Positions 1 through 9,382 of a stretch of 64,000 nt of DNA are shown one piece after another. Each line of letters opens with the position of its first letter. Position 1 is the stretch's first letter. The stretch covers positions 160,001 to 224,000 of the forward strand of contig CAWEYL010000001.1 of the NCBI GenBank assembly GCA_963813335.1, in the 5' to 3' direction. The notes under the pieces were generated by a model that worked only from the letters and a program-made list of their open reading frames with translations, was not told the DNA's origin and searched no databases. This stretch comes from an uncultured Chloroflexia bacterium. GTDB taxonomy: Bacteria > Chloroflexota > Limnocylindria > Limnocylindrales > CSP1-4. Position numbers and translations under genes: made by a program.

Positions 1-219
1 TCGCAGCTCTGGATGTGGATCACCCAGGCGGTCGTCCTCGACGACGGGACGGCCGTCGACCCCGAGCGCTACGCCGCGATCCGCGACGAGGAGCTGGCAC
101 GGCTCGGCGGGGCGGGGGAGGGCCGCCTCGCGGAGGCCGCCGACCTGCTCGATCGCCTGGTGCTCGGCGACGACTTCGCCGACTTCCTCACCCTCCGGGC
201 GTACGCCATCCTCGAATGA
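1..219 (+). CDS. aceB: Malate synthase A, C-terminal fragment (gene starts before the window)
   Basis: Frame is open from base 1: SQLWMWI...LLDRLVLGDDFADFLTLRAYAILE, resembling the conserved malate synthase A C-terminus (SQLWQWI...F.DFLTLPAY). Confidence 0.8.
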   Translation, partial: SQLWMWITQAVVLDDGTAVDPERYAAIRDEELARLGGAGEGRLAEAADLLDRLVLGDDFADFLTLRAYAILE

Positions 220-229
220 CCGCGACCGC

Positions 230-274
230 TTGACACGCTCCGCGGATGGGCGTATATATCGGCCATCGATATAT
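230..274 (+). promoter_or_regulatory. Sigma70-type promoter with overlapping palindromic operator (likely PadR site)
   Basis: TTGACA (230-235), 17 bp spacer, TATATA (253-258). Perfect inverted repeat ATATATCG-N5-CGATATAT (254-274) overlaps the -10. SD AGGAG precedes ATG 301. Confidence 0.75.
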
Positions 275-300
275 CGACCATCGTAACAGCAGGAGTCCAC

Positions 301-624
301 ATGGAGCGGAACGCCCCGGAGTTCGGACGGTTCACCGAGCCGTCGCTGCTCATCCTCGTCAGCCTGAGCGACGGGCCGAAGCACGGCTACGCGATCATGC
401 AGGACGTCGAAGCGGGCACGGGCCGGCCGATGGGTGCCGGCACGCTCTATGCCGCCCTCACCCGACTCGAGGCCGAGGGCTTCGTCGAGCCACTGGCGCC
501 GGTCGACCGGCGCCGGCCCTATCGCCTGACCGCGATCGGCGCCTCGATGCTCGCCGAGCAGCTCCGCGGCCTGTCCGAGTTCGCCCAGCAGGGCCTTCGG
601 CAGCTGCACGAGCTCGAACCATGA
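301..624 (+). CDS. PadR-family transcriptional regulator
   Basis: LILVSL..GPKHGYAIM...GTLYAALTRLE..G.V...RRPYRLT PadR winged-helix pattern. Confidence 0.9.
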   Translation: MERNAPEFGRFTEPSLLILVSLSDGPKHGYAIMQDVEAGTGRPMGAGTLYAALTRLEAEGFVEPLAPVDRRRPYRLTAIGASMLAEQLRGLSEFAQQGLRQLHELEP

Positions 625-1349
625 GAACGCTGCTGATCCGCTGCTATCCCGCCCGGTGGCGGGCTCGCTACGGCGACGAGTTCCTGGCGATCCTCGAGGA
701 GCGCCCGCTCGGCCCGTACGACGTGGCGGACATCCTCCTCGGCGCGCTCGACGCGCGACTCCGGTCGCAGCGAGCCGCCGCTTCGCCCGAAAGGGGTTTT
801 CCCATGTCGCTCCGTCTCGGCGGCATCGCCGCCATCATCGGTGCCGTCCTCTGGGCGGTCGCCGGCCTGCTCTCGATCGGCGTGGCCGGCAACGTCGACG
901 GCGCCGTCCCGGTCGCGATGTTGATGACCGGCATGGTCGTGCTGCTCGTGGCCGTGGCCGGTCTCAGCGCCTTCCAGGCTCGGACCCACCCCGGGGCCAT
1001 CTGGGTCGCCTTTGCCGTGACCGCGATCGGGACGCTCACGTTCTTCGCCGGCTACATCGGGTCGGTCGTCCTGGCCGAGGACGGGTTCTGGGGCCTGTGG
1101 TTCATCGGGGTCATGACCGTCATGCTCGGATCGGGGCTGTTTGCCGCAGTGACGTACCGGACACGGGTCCTGTCGCGCGGCGGTGCCGCCCTCATCGGGA
1201 TCGGGATCGTGGTCATCCTCAGCGAGGCCGTTACTTCTATCGCGGCCCTGATCCCCATCGGGATGGCGTTGTTCGCGCTCGGGTGGCTCGCGCTCGGGGT
1301 CCAGGCGATCCGCGTGGACCGACCGTCCACGGCGACGAGTCCGGCCTGA
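621..1349 (+). CDS. PadR-associated integral membrane protein
   Basis: ATGA overlap with the padR stop. N-terminal LIRCYPARWRARYGDEF motif is typical of PadR partners, followed by about 6 hydrophobic helices. Confidence 0.8.
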   Translation: MRTLLIRCYPARWRARYGDEFLAILEERPLGPYDVADILLGALDARLRSQRAAASPERGFPMSLRLGGIAAIIGAVLWAVAGLLSIGVAGNVDGAVPVAMLMTGMVVLLVAVAGLSAFQARTHPGAIWVAFAVTAIGTLTFFAGYIGSVVLAEDGFWGLWFIGVMTVMLGSGLFAAVTYRTRVLSRGGAALIGIGIVVILSEAVTSIAALIPIGMALFALGWLALGVQAIRVDRPSTATSPA

Positions 1350-1380
1350 GCTGGGAGATCGACCAACGACGAGACCGTCG

Positions 1381-2793
1381 TCAGGCTTCGATCGGCCCTC
1401 GCTCGATGAACCGCCCGAACCCGCGCTGACCGACGAAGGCGCCGTCGCGGATGACGGCGGCGCCGCGCACGAAGACCGATCGGACGGCCCCGGCGACCTC
1501 CATCCCCTCGTACGGCGTGTAGTCGCTCGTGTGGTGGAGGTCGCCGGCGTGGATGGTCCGGGTCACGCTCGGGTCGAAGAGGACGATGTCGGCGTCCTTG
1601 CCGACCCCGAGCACGCCCTTGGTCGCCAGGCCGAACCGGCGGGCCGGGGTCGTGGCGATCAGGTCGACCATCCGCTCGAGGGTGATGCGGCCGGTGGCGA
1701 CGCCGCGGCCGTAGAGGACGGCGAGCAGGGTCTCGATGCCGGGCGCGCCGTTGCTGATCTCGTTGAACGGCACGCCGCGGGCCGCGTCGCCCTTCTCGAC
1801 CGCCATCCGGTCCGGGACGTGGTCCGTGGCGACCAGGTCGAGCGAGCCGTCGGCGAGCCCCGCCCAGAGGGCGTCCTGGTCGGTCGCGGAGCGGAGCGGC
1901 GGCGAGATCACGTAGCCCGCGCAGCGGGCCGGGTCCGGCTCGTCGTAGACCGCGTCCGTGAACGCCAGGTAGTGGGGGCAAGTCTCGGCCGAGACGCGGA
2001 CGCCGGCCGCCTTCGCGCGGCGGACCTCGTCGAGCGCGGCGGCCGAGCTCAGGTGGACGACGTGGACGGGCGCCCCCGCCTGCCGCGCGAACGCGAGCGC
2101 TCGCGCGGTGGCGACCGCCTCGACGAACGGCGGTCGCGTGGCAGCGTGGTAGCGCGGTAGCACGTCACCACGCTGCAAGGCGTCGGCGATGGCCGCGTCG
2201 AGCAGGATCGGGTCCTCGCAGTGGACCTGGAGCATCCCACCGTGGCGGCCCATCACCCGCATCGCCTCGAAGAGCCGCGCGTCGGGCAGCCGGAAGTCGA
2301 ACACCATGAAGGCCTTCGAGGTCGCCACGCCGGCGTCGATGGTCGCGGGCAGCTCGGCGAGCGGGTCGTCGCAGCGGCCGCTGACCACCAGGCTCAGCCC
2401 GACATCGATCGCGCTGTCGCCGTCCGTCGCCGCGCGCCACTCCCGGACGCCCGTCAGCAGCGACCGTTCGGCCGCGGGCGACGACCCGGTGCCCGGGTTG
2501 TTGAAGGCGAGGAACGTGGTCGTGCCACCGAACGCGGCGGCAACGGAATCCTGGAAGAACCGGTCGGGCTCGGCGTCACTGCCGACCCGGGTGTGCGTGT
2601 GCACGTCGACCGCGCCGGGCAGCAGGAGGAGCCCGCTGGCGTCGATGGTCTCGCGGGCACTCGCCCGGAGGCCGCCGAGGTCGGGCTCGACCGCCTCGAT
2701 CCGCCCGGCGCTGATGGCGACATCGGCCCGCCGCGACCCGTCCGCGCGGACGACCGTCCCGCCCGTGATGAGGAGATCCGGCGTGCCCGTCAC
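1381..2793 (-). CDS. Dihydropyrimidinase/D-hydantoinase-like cyclic amidohydrolase
   Basis: LLPGAVDVHTH, AAAFGGTTT, VHCED, VVHLSS, ETCPHYL, SPPLR, ATDH, GKDADIVLFDP. GTG start at 2793 overlaps the upstream stop. Confidence 0.85.
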   Translation of the reverse strand: MTGTPDLLITGGTVVRADGSRRADVAISAGRIEAVEPDLGGLRASARETIDASGLLLLPGAVDVHTHTRVGSDAEPDRFFQDSVAAAFGGTTTFLAFNNPGTGSSPAAERSLLTGVREWRAATDGDSAIDVGLSLVVSGRCDDPLAELPATIDAGVATSKAFMVFDFRLPDARLFEAMRVMGRHGGMLQVHCEDPILLDAAIADALQRGDVLPRYHAATRPPFVEAVATARALAFARQAGAPVHVVHLSSAAALDEVRRAKAAGVRVSAETCPHYLAFTDAVYDEPDPARCAGYVISPPLRSATDQDALWAGLADGSLDLVATDHVPDRMAVEKGDAARGVPFNEISNGAPGIETLLAVLYGRGVATGRITLERMVDLIATTPARRFGLATKGVLGVGKDADIVLFDPSVTRTIHAGDLHHTSDYTPYEGMEVAGAVRSVFVRGAAVIRDGAFVGQRGFGRFIERGPIEA

Positions 2794-4132
2794 CGGGGCA
2801 GGATAGCGGCCTCCAGCACCGGATCCCGGCCGGCCAGCCAGTCCGCCGACGAGAACGGCACGGCCACGTCGGGCGCGATCGTGATCCGCGGGTCGTCGGC
2901 GGTGCTCTTGACCCAGTAGCGCGTGGCGACGTAGACGTCGATCGGCCCGAGCGGTCCATAGGGCAGGCGCGTCGGCCGGACGTCGCCGTAGAGGTTCGGG
3001 CTGCCGCCCATCGGCTCCCCGACGAAGCGCGCTCCCGTGGTCTGCTCGAGCTCCGTCGCGAAATTGGCCGCGGCCGAGAACGTGACGCGCCCGATGAGGA
3101 CCGCCAGCCGGCCCGGCCGGTCGATGGCTGGATCCTGGAGGGCCTCGAGCAGGCGTCGGTAGGTGGTGTTGTCGCCGCCGCCGTTGTTGCGCAGGTCCAC
3201 GACGACCCGGTCGACGCCGGGCTCCTTCGCGCGGGCGAGGATCTCGTCCGCGACGGCGTTGATGCCGCCGCGGACCTCGTTGTACTGGACGTAGAGCGTC
3301 CGCGAGTCGGCGAGGAACGTCCACCACAGGGCGTCGTGCTTGCGGCTGAGCCACAGCGGCGATCCCGTCGGCGGCAGCGTGAGCGGGTCGCCGCCATGCC
3401 ACGCGACGTCGTCGTCGGCCAGGATCGGCGCGATCCGGACATCGCGCGACGGCGCATCGGGTCCCGGCCCGGCGACGGTGAAGGTGGCCGGGCCCGACGG
3501 ACTCGATGACGCCCAGGCCGGCCAGCAGCTCGCTGGTCCGCAGGTACAGCGGCGCGTACGCCGAGCAGGTTGGACGGGTTGTCGCGCGGCGCGAGCGGCT
3601 CGACCGCGGCCATGACGTCGGCGATGGGATGGCCGTCGATGGCTTCGACCCGCGAGCCGACGAGGTCCCCGTACGGCGCCTTCGCCGCGGTGATCACGAG
3701 GCCGTCGCTGAACCGCCACATGAGGATCGGGTACACGTGGGTGCCACTCCCCGGAGTGAACGGGAAGACCCCGGTGTGGCCGTCGCGCCCGCCCCAGCCG
3801 GGCATCGAGGCGAGGCGGACGACGTCGACGAGGGCGGCGTCGTCGTCGATGGTCGGGATCCGCGCCTTGGCGGAATCGGCCGCCGCGACCCAGGTGGCAC
3901 GGTCGATGTCGTGCCACGGATCGGGGTGGAGCCGCTCGCGGGATTCGAGCAGCGCATCGATGTCGGCGCGCCAGCCTTCGTCGCGGGTGAGGGCTGCCGA
4001 CGCCGAGGGCGCTGCCGACGCCGATGGCGCGGGCGCGGTCGTCGGTGCGGGCGTGGCCGTCGGTGCGATCGCCTGGCCGCAGCCGGCCAGGAGGAGGGCG
4101 GCGACCAGGGCGGCGGCGCTCGGTCGGCGCAT
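2790..4132 (-). CDS. S41-family peptidase lipoprotein (apparent frameshifts at ~3562 and ~3495)
   Basis: Lipobox LLLAGC. C-terminal frame has VVVDLRNNGGG, TFSAAANF, VGEPMGG and GRDPVLEAA. The halves join through a short third-frame segment (LAYAPLYLRTSELLAGLGV). Confidence 0.75.
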
Positions 4133-4133
4133 C

Positions 4134-4604
4134 TCAGGCCGACGCTTCCATGGTGTCGTCGATCAGGTTCGCCTCGGCGGTCGACGCCGCCTCGCCGATC
4201 ATCCGCAGCGTGGTCCGCGCGGCGTCCCCGTCGAGCGTGAGCGCGGCCATGAACCGTCGATCGGCCTCCTCGAACGCCCGGCTCGCGGACGCATGGGCGC
4301 CGAGGCCCTCGTCGGTCAGGGCCAGCTGATAGGACCGCCGGTCGGCCGGGACCGGCTGGCGGATCGCGTGGCCGCGCTCGATGAGCGCCCGGACGTAGTG
4401 GGACATCGAGGTCGGCGGCATCCCGACCCGACGCGCGAGGTCCGTCGGCGTCTGCGGACCCTCGTCGAACAGGACGCTGTAGACCGCGTAGTCGTCGGGC
4501 GTCAGCGTCGCGTCGGCCATCGCGCGCTGCACCAGCGTGCGCACCCGCTGCTGGGTCGCGAAGAGCTCGAACAGGACCGAGAGGTGCGAGGAGGGCTGCC
4601 GCAT
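4134..4604 (-). CDS. MarR-family transcriptional regulator
   Basis: TPTDLARRVGMPPTSMSHYVRALIERGH...DRRSYQLALTDEG MarR winged helix. Confidence 0.9.
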   Translation of the reverse strand: MRQPSSHLSVLFELFATQQRVRTLVQRAMADATLTPDDYAVYSVLFDEGPQTPTDLARRVGMPPTSMSHYVRALIERGHAIRQPVPADRRSYQLALTDEGLGAHASASRAFEEADRRFMAALTLDGDAARTTLRMIGEAASTAEANLIDDTMEASA

Positions 4605-4608
4605 CGGG

Positions 4609-4634
4609 GAGATGCTACCAGATGGTAGTATCTC
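4609..4634 (-). promoter_or_regulatory. Palindromic operator over the marR -10 element
   Basis: GAGATGCTACCA-GA-TGGTAGTATCTC: 12-bp inverted repeat with 1 mismatch. It contains TAGCAT on the minus strand 7 nt upstream of the marR ATG. Confidence 0.65.
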
Positions 4635-4637
4635 GCG

Positions 4638-4820
4638 GGATATGCACGAGTTCCAGGGGGATGACCTTCCGAATCATCGATGCACCTCGGATGCATATCG
4701 TCGCCCGGATCGATACGCGCTCCGGTCGGGTGCCCGAGCCAGGCCCGCGCGCTCGCCCTTGATGCAGCCGAGGTGCATCACGATTCCGGAAAGGGGTCCC
4801 TCGGCGAAACGTGCATATCG
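4638..4820. repeat. Inverted pair of ~62-bp palindromic REP/MITE-like units
   Basis: Unit A (4638-4700) reads GGATATGCACG...GATGCACCTCGGATGCATATCG. Unit B (4761-4820) is its degenerate reverse complement. A third copy lies at 13251-13313. Confidence 0.8.
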
Positions 4821-4890
4821 CGGGCGCGCGGGCGACCGGGCGCAGCGGGCGCGCCAGACGACCGCGCGGGCGCGCGGCGCACACGAAGCG

Positions 4891-5314
4891 CTACTCGACC
4901 TCGCTGATCCGGATCGGCTGGGCGCCCTCCCAAAGGCAGCGCCGCCCGACCTCGCGCAGGCGGTCGGCCCAGCCGTCGTCGGGCTCGACCGGACGCGAAC
5001 ACGTTCGCGGCCAGCTGGCCCACCTTGGAGGCCGTCGTGCACCCGCCGTACGGGAAGAAGATCTCGCATTCGCTGATGCCGCCCGGATAGATCGCCAGCT
5101 GGCCGGGCGCGGGATGCGAGGTGTGGTTCTCGTAGTCGAGCCCGGGCCGGAAGTCCCCGAACGGGATCCAGGTCGACTCGCCCGTCCAGCGGCAGTGGAT
5201 CAGCTTCGACTCGATCGGCAGCATCCGCCGGATGGCGTCGACGGTCCGCGGGGCCGCCGGGTCCCAGCGGGCGCTAAAGTGCAGGTCACCGACCTCGATG
5301 CGCAGCGTTCCCAT
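4891..5314 (-). CDS. DUF3830-family protein (frameshift ~4995)
   Basis: IHCRWTGESTWIP, ENHTSHPAPGQL..YPGGISECEI..PYG. The shifted frame supplies LREVGRRCLWEGAQPIRI, ending at TAG 4891-4893. Confidence 0.8.
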
Positions 5315-5328
5315 CCGCGGAGGATAGC

Positions 5329-5676
5329 GTGGCGGCCCAGCCCGACGAGACGCGTCCCACCATCTCGACGCACGTCCTCGACGCCGACCGCGGCATGCCC
5401 GCCGTCGGTGTCCGGGTCGCCCTGCTCCGCCTCGACGTCGGCGATGCCCCCATCCGCATGACCCAGGCCCTCACCGACGCCGACGGCCGGGTCCGCGACC
5501 TCCTCGAGCGACCGCTCGCGGCCGGCGACTACCGCATCGAATTCGATGTCGCGCGCGAGGACGGCACGTTCTTCACGAAGCTGTCGGTCGACCTGCGCAT
5601 CACGGACGTCACCCGCAGCTACCACGTCCCGCTGCTGCTCTCGCCCTATTCGATGACGACCTACCGGGGCAGCTGA
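5329..5676 (+). CDS. uraH: 5-hydroxyisourate hydrolase (transthyretin-like)
   Basis: ISTHVLD...G.PA, TDADGR, YHVPLLLSPYSMTTYRGS with the diagnostic C-terminal YRGS. Confidence 0.93.
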   Translation: MAAQPDETRPTISTHVLDADRGMPAVGVRVALLRLDVGDAPIRMTQALTDADGRVRDLLERPLAAGDYRIEFDVAREDGTFFTKLSVDLRITDVTRSYHVPLLLSPYSMTTYRGS

Positions 5677-5698
5677 CGACCGAGTCGCGCCGGTTCGC

Positions 5699-7813
5699 CT
5701 AGCGCATCAGGACGAGCGCGTCGAGGTCGAAGCGGGGATGGCTCCCGCCACCGACGACCACGAGCTTGACCGTGTGCGAGCCGCTCGACGACCACGCTCG
5801 GGTGAGCACGACGACGCGCGACTTGGTCGCGCTCGCATGCAGGTCGACGACCCCGACGTAGACCCCGTCCACCCAGGCCTTGGCCTGGCCGCGCGACGGC
5901 CCGCGCGTCGCCACGATCCCGAACGCCTGGCCGGTGAACCGCAGCGTGACGCTCGCCCCGGCCTTGGTGGCCGAGCGCTCGCGACCGCCCGACGAGGCCC
6001 TGATCGAGGCCGACGACCACGAGCCGCTGTACGTGGCGAACGAGGTGGTCTCCTGGTAGATGCGCGGCTCGAACGTCCGTCCGGTCATCCAGCCGCTGAC
6101 GTTGCCGGCCCGGTCGCGGGCGCGGACCTCCATCGCGTACGGCGTCTTGAAGGTCAGCGTCTTGTACGCCGTCTGCCCGAGCGTCCCGGCCAGCTGGGTC
6201 TGGAACGGGCCGCCGCGGGTGCTGACGGCCGTGTCGTAGCTCTGGATACCGGACATGTCGTCGGTGGCGGCCAGCCACGTCGAGCGGCTGGGGGTCGTGG
6301 TGGTCGTCACGACGGAGCCGCTCACGAACCCGAAGACCGTGGCCGGGTGTGCCGTCGGCGGGGTCGCGTCGAGGACCCAGAAGGAGTCGACCATCCGGCC
6401 CGAGGCCGTGAGGCCCTTGGTCAGCGGCAGGGGCTTCCCGCCCTTGATGATCTTGGCCCGGAGCGCCAGCGGGTCGTTGGCCAGCGACGGCAGGGCCGAG
6501 GCGATCAGCGCGGCCGTGCCGGTCGCATGGGGAGCGGCCATCGAGGTCCCGTCGAGCCAGTCCCAGCCCAGATCGAAGTGGCCGTGGTCGCCGTCGTAGG
6601 CCGGCACGCTCGAGAGGATGCCGACGCCGGGCGCGGCGATGTCGACCGAGACCTTGCCGTAGTTCGAGAAGTCGGCGAGCTCGCCGTTATTGTCCACGGC
6701 CGCGACCGAGAGGATGTTCGGGAGGTCCCACGAGGCCGGCAGCGCCGGGAACGTCTCCTGGTCGTTGTCGATGCCGTCGTTCCCGGCGGAGACCACAAAG
6801 AGCATCCCCGAGTCCGCGATCGCGGCCTTCAGATCCTTCGCGCTGTCCAGCCGGCCGCGGCCGCTCCACGAGTTGTTGGCGATGCGGACGCCGAAGTGCT
6901 TGGCGTAGGCGATGGCCTCGATGGCCTGCGAGTCGAAGCCGCACGCGTCGTCGTCGCCGAGGAACTTGAGGGCCATGAGCTTGATTGACGGCGCGACCCC
7001 GACCACGCCCTGGCCGTCGAGGGCCGCCGCGATCGTGCCGGCGACGTGGGTGCCGTGGAAGTCGTCGTTGACGTCATGGACGGTGTTGTCGTCGTGGCAG
7101 AAGTCCCAGCCGTGGACGTCGTCGACGTAGCCGTTGCCGTCGTTGTCGATCCCGTCGGTCTCCTTGCCGCCGCCCAATTCGCCCGGGTTGGTCCAGGCCT
7201 GGGCGGCGAGGTCGGGGTGGCTGAAGTCGATGCCGTCGTCGATGACCGCGACGACGACGCTCGGGTCGCCGGTCGTGACCGCGAGGGCCGAGGCGGCGTC
7301 GAGGTCGACATGGGGCTTGCCCTGGGTCCCGGCGACGCCGCCGAACAGCTTCTGCCCGGTGTTCTCCATGGCCCATAGCTCGGGCCAGCCGGGCTCGTCC
7401 TTCGGGTCGAGGTCGCGGTAGCGCTTGTGGTCGACGCTGACGCTCTCGACGGACGGTGTCGCGGCGATGGCCGCGGTCGCGGTCGCGACCTCCGCGGGCG
7501 TCGCATCGGCGGGGAGGGCCACGACCGCGATCCCGGCCGACGGGACGTCCGCGACCGGCTCGACCGTCGGGGTGGCGGTGGCCGCGGCGCGACGCTCGGG
7601 TGCCGACGTCCCCGGGGCGAAGTGGACGATCAGGCGGACGCCGGCGTCGACGGTCCGTGGGTCGGGCCGGTCCCACGCGGGCTGCTCGCCCGCGGGGCGC
7701 GGGGCGACGATCGGCCGCGGTCCCGCGGCGGAGACCGTCAGGGTGGCCGAGAGCGCCACGGTGGCCCCGACCACCAGGGCGATCACACGAGATAGGACGT
7801 GTGCGCGGGACAT
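5699..7813 (-). CDS. Secreted S8 subtilase with C-terminal FN3-like and beta-sandwich domains
   Basis: Signal peptide. Catalytic motifs VAVIDDG, HGTHVAG, SAGND and GTSMAAPH. C-terminal VRARDRAGN and YSGSW...FTG...VDG domain. Confidence 0.92.
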   Translation of the reverse strand: MSRAHVLSRVIALVVGATVALSATLTVSAAGPRPIVAPRPAGEQPAWDRPDPRTVDAGVRLIVHFAPGTSAPERRAAATATPTVEPVADVPSAGIAVVALPADATPAEVATATAAIAATPSVESVSVDHKRYRDLDPKDEPGWPELWAMENTGQKLFGGVAGTQGKPHVDLDAASALAVTTGDPSVVVAVIDDGIDFSHPDLAAQAWTNPGELGGGKETDGIDNDGNGYVDDVHGWDFCHDDNTVHDVNDDFHGTHVAGTIAAALDGQGVVGVAPSIKLMALKFLGDDDACGFDSQAIEAIAYAKHFGVRIANNSWSGRGRLDSAKDLKAAIADSGMLFVVSAGNDGIDNDQETFPALPASWDLPNILSVAAVDNNGELADFSNYGKVSVDIAAPGVGILSSVPAYDGDHGHFDLGWDWLDGTSMAAPHATGTAALIASALPSLANDPLALRAKIIKGGKPLPLTKGLTASGRMVDSFWVLDATPPTAHPATVFGFVSGSVVTTTTTPSRSTWLAATDDMSGIQSYDTAVSTRGGPFQTQLAGTLGQTAYKTLTFKTPYAMEVRARDRAGNVSGWMTGRTFEPRIYQETTSFATYSGSWSSASIRASSGGRERSATKAGASVTLRFTGQAFGIVATRGPSRGQAKAWVDGVYVGVVDLHASATKSRVVVLTRAWSSSGSHTVKLVVVGGGSHPRFDLDALVLMR

Positions 7814-7914
7814 GAGCCCTCGGCTACGCGAACGAACGCAGGCGCCATCGTACGACCTCTGGCGGAAACGCTGTGCCAGCCTAGATGTCACGGGTCGGCG
7901 CCACCGTTCGGCCC

Positions 7915-9216
7915 ATGGATACCGCCGTCATCCGCCCGCTCCCGTCCAGCCCGGCACCCGCGGAGCCGTCGCCGCTGCCCACCAGGGTCCGCGTCGACGG
8001 CGACCGCATCGTGGTCGAGCGTCTCGTCCTCGGCGACGCCGGCCTGGCCGCATATCTCGCCGACCGGCCGGGCGACGACCGACCGGCCATCGTCGAGCGC
8101 GCGCTGCGCATCGGCCTGCTTGCGCTCCAGGACACCGGCGTCACGGTCAACGTGGACGTCGTGAAGACCGAGTTCGAGCGGCTCGTCCGCCAGGCCGAGC
8201 AGGTCAACGAGCGTGCGGCCGCGGCCCTGGAGCAGACGCTCCGCACCAACTTCGCGGACGGCGACGGCCGGCTGCCGCGCACCCTCGAGCGCTTCCTGGG
8301 CGACCGCGGCGCGCTGCGCGGCATGGTCGACGAGCTGTTCGACGAGAAGAAGCGCGACAGCGCCATCGGCCGGATGAGCCGGATGCTCGAGACCTACTTC
8401 GACGGCGACGCCTCGAAGCTCGCCACGCTGCTCGACCCCACCCGGCTGCACTCCCCGATGCACCAGTTCCGCGAGGAGATCGCGGCTGGGTTCAAGGGGG
8501 TCGAGGAGCGCCTGGTGGCGATCGAGGCGGCGGCCGCCGCCCGCGGTGCGGAACGGGCCCGCTCGGCGGCGAAGGGCGTCGACTTCGAGGACCTCCTCGA
8601 GGCGATGCTGGCCGACCTCGCCCGCGGCGCCGGGGACCTCCTCGACCGGACCGCCAACGATGCCGGGGCCGTCATGAAGTCCAAGAAGGGCGACTTCGTG
8701 CTGACCGTCGACGCGCGGGTCGCGCGCGGCTGCGACCTGCGCGTGGTGATCGAGGCCAAGGACCGCCCGATGTCGATGCGGGCGATCCGCGACGAGCTGC
8801 GCGAGGCCCGCGAGAACCGCGGCGCCGCCGTCGGGCTCGTGGTGTTCACCCCGGCCCACGCACCGGCCGGGGTCGCGCCGTTCAGCGTGGTCGGCGACGA
8901 GGTCTACTGCGTCATCGACCCGGAGGCGCCGGAGCCGGCGACGCTCGAGGCGGCCGTCCGCCTGGCGCGGCTGCTCGCCCTGGCCTCCCTGACCGAGCAC
9001 GAGGTCGAGGTGGACGCCGCGGCCGTCGCCTCGGCACTCACCGCGATCCGCGAGCAGCTGGAGCTGGTCCGGACGCTGAAGTCGCAGCTGACCTCGATCT
9101 CGAACGCCACCAAGGCGGTCTGGACCGGGCTCGATTCGATGCGCTCGGCCATCCTCGCCCGGGTGTCCGAGGCGGAGGCGGAGATCCGCGTCGGGACGTC
9201 GCCAGGGCCTCACTGA
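7915..9216 (+). CDS. Coiled-coil protein with RmuC/DUF2130-like restriction-endonuclease fold
   Basis: Long helical N-terminus, then KGVDFE...KKGDFVL...VVIEAKD (PD-(D/E)XK-like), then a C-terminal coiled coil. Confidence 0.6.
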   Translation: MDTAVIRPLPSSPAPAEPSPLPTRVRVDGDRIVVERLVLGDAGLAAYLADRPGDDRPAIVERALRIGLLALQDTGVTVNVDVVKTEFERLVRQAEQVNERAAAALEQTLRTNFADGDGRLPRTLERFLGDRGALRGMVDELFDEKKRDSAIGRMSRMLETYFDGDASKLATLLDPTRLHSPMHQFREEIAAGFKGVEERLVAIEAAAAARGAERARSAAKGVDFEDLLEAMLADLARGAGDLLDRTANDAGAVMKSKKGDFVLTVDARVARGCDLRVVIEAKDRPMSMRAIRDELREARENRGAAVGLVVFTPAHAPAGVAPFSVVGDEVYCVIDPEAPEPATLEAAVRLARLLALASLTEHEVEVDAAAVASALTAIREQLELVRTLKSQLTSISNATKAVWTGLDSMRSAILARVSEAEAEIRVGTSPGPH

Positions 9217-9382
9217 ACCGAAGGTCCTATCGGGTCTGGTGGGGTCTGGGCCGGTCGGCGGTGCGTGACCGGGACCAAGGTCGGATTGGCCAAGGGTTGC
9301 CAACCGGGGGAGACTAGAGACGAACGAGGCCGATCGTCGCGTCGATCCGCGCCACGTGGTCAAGCCCGGACCCGGAGTGTTC

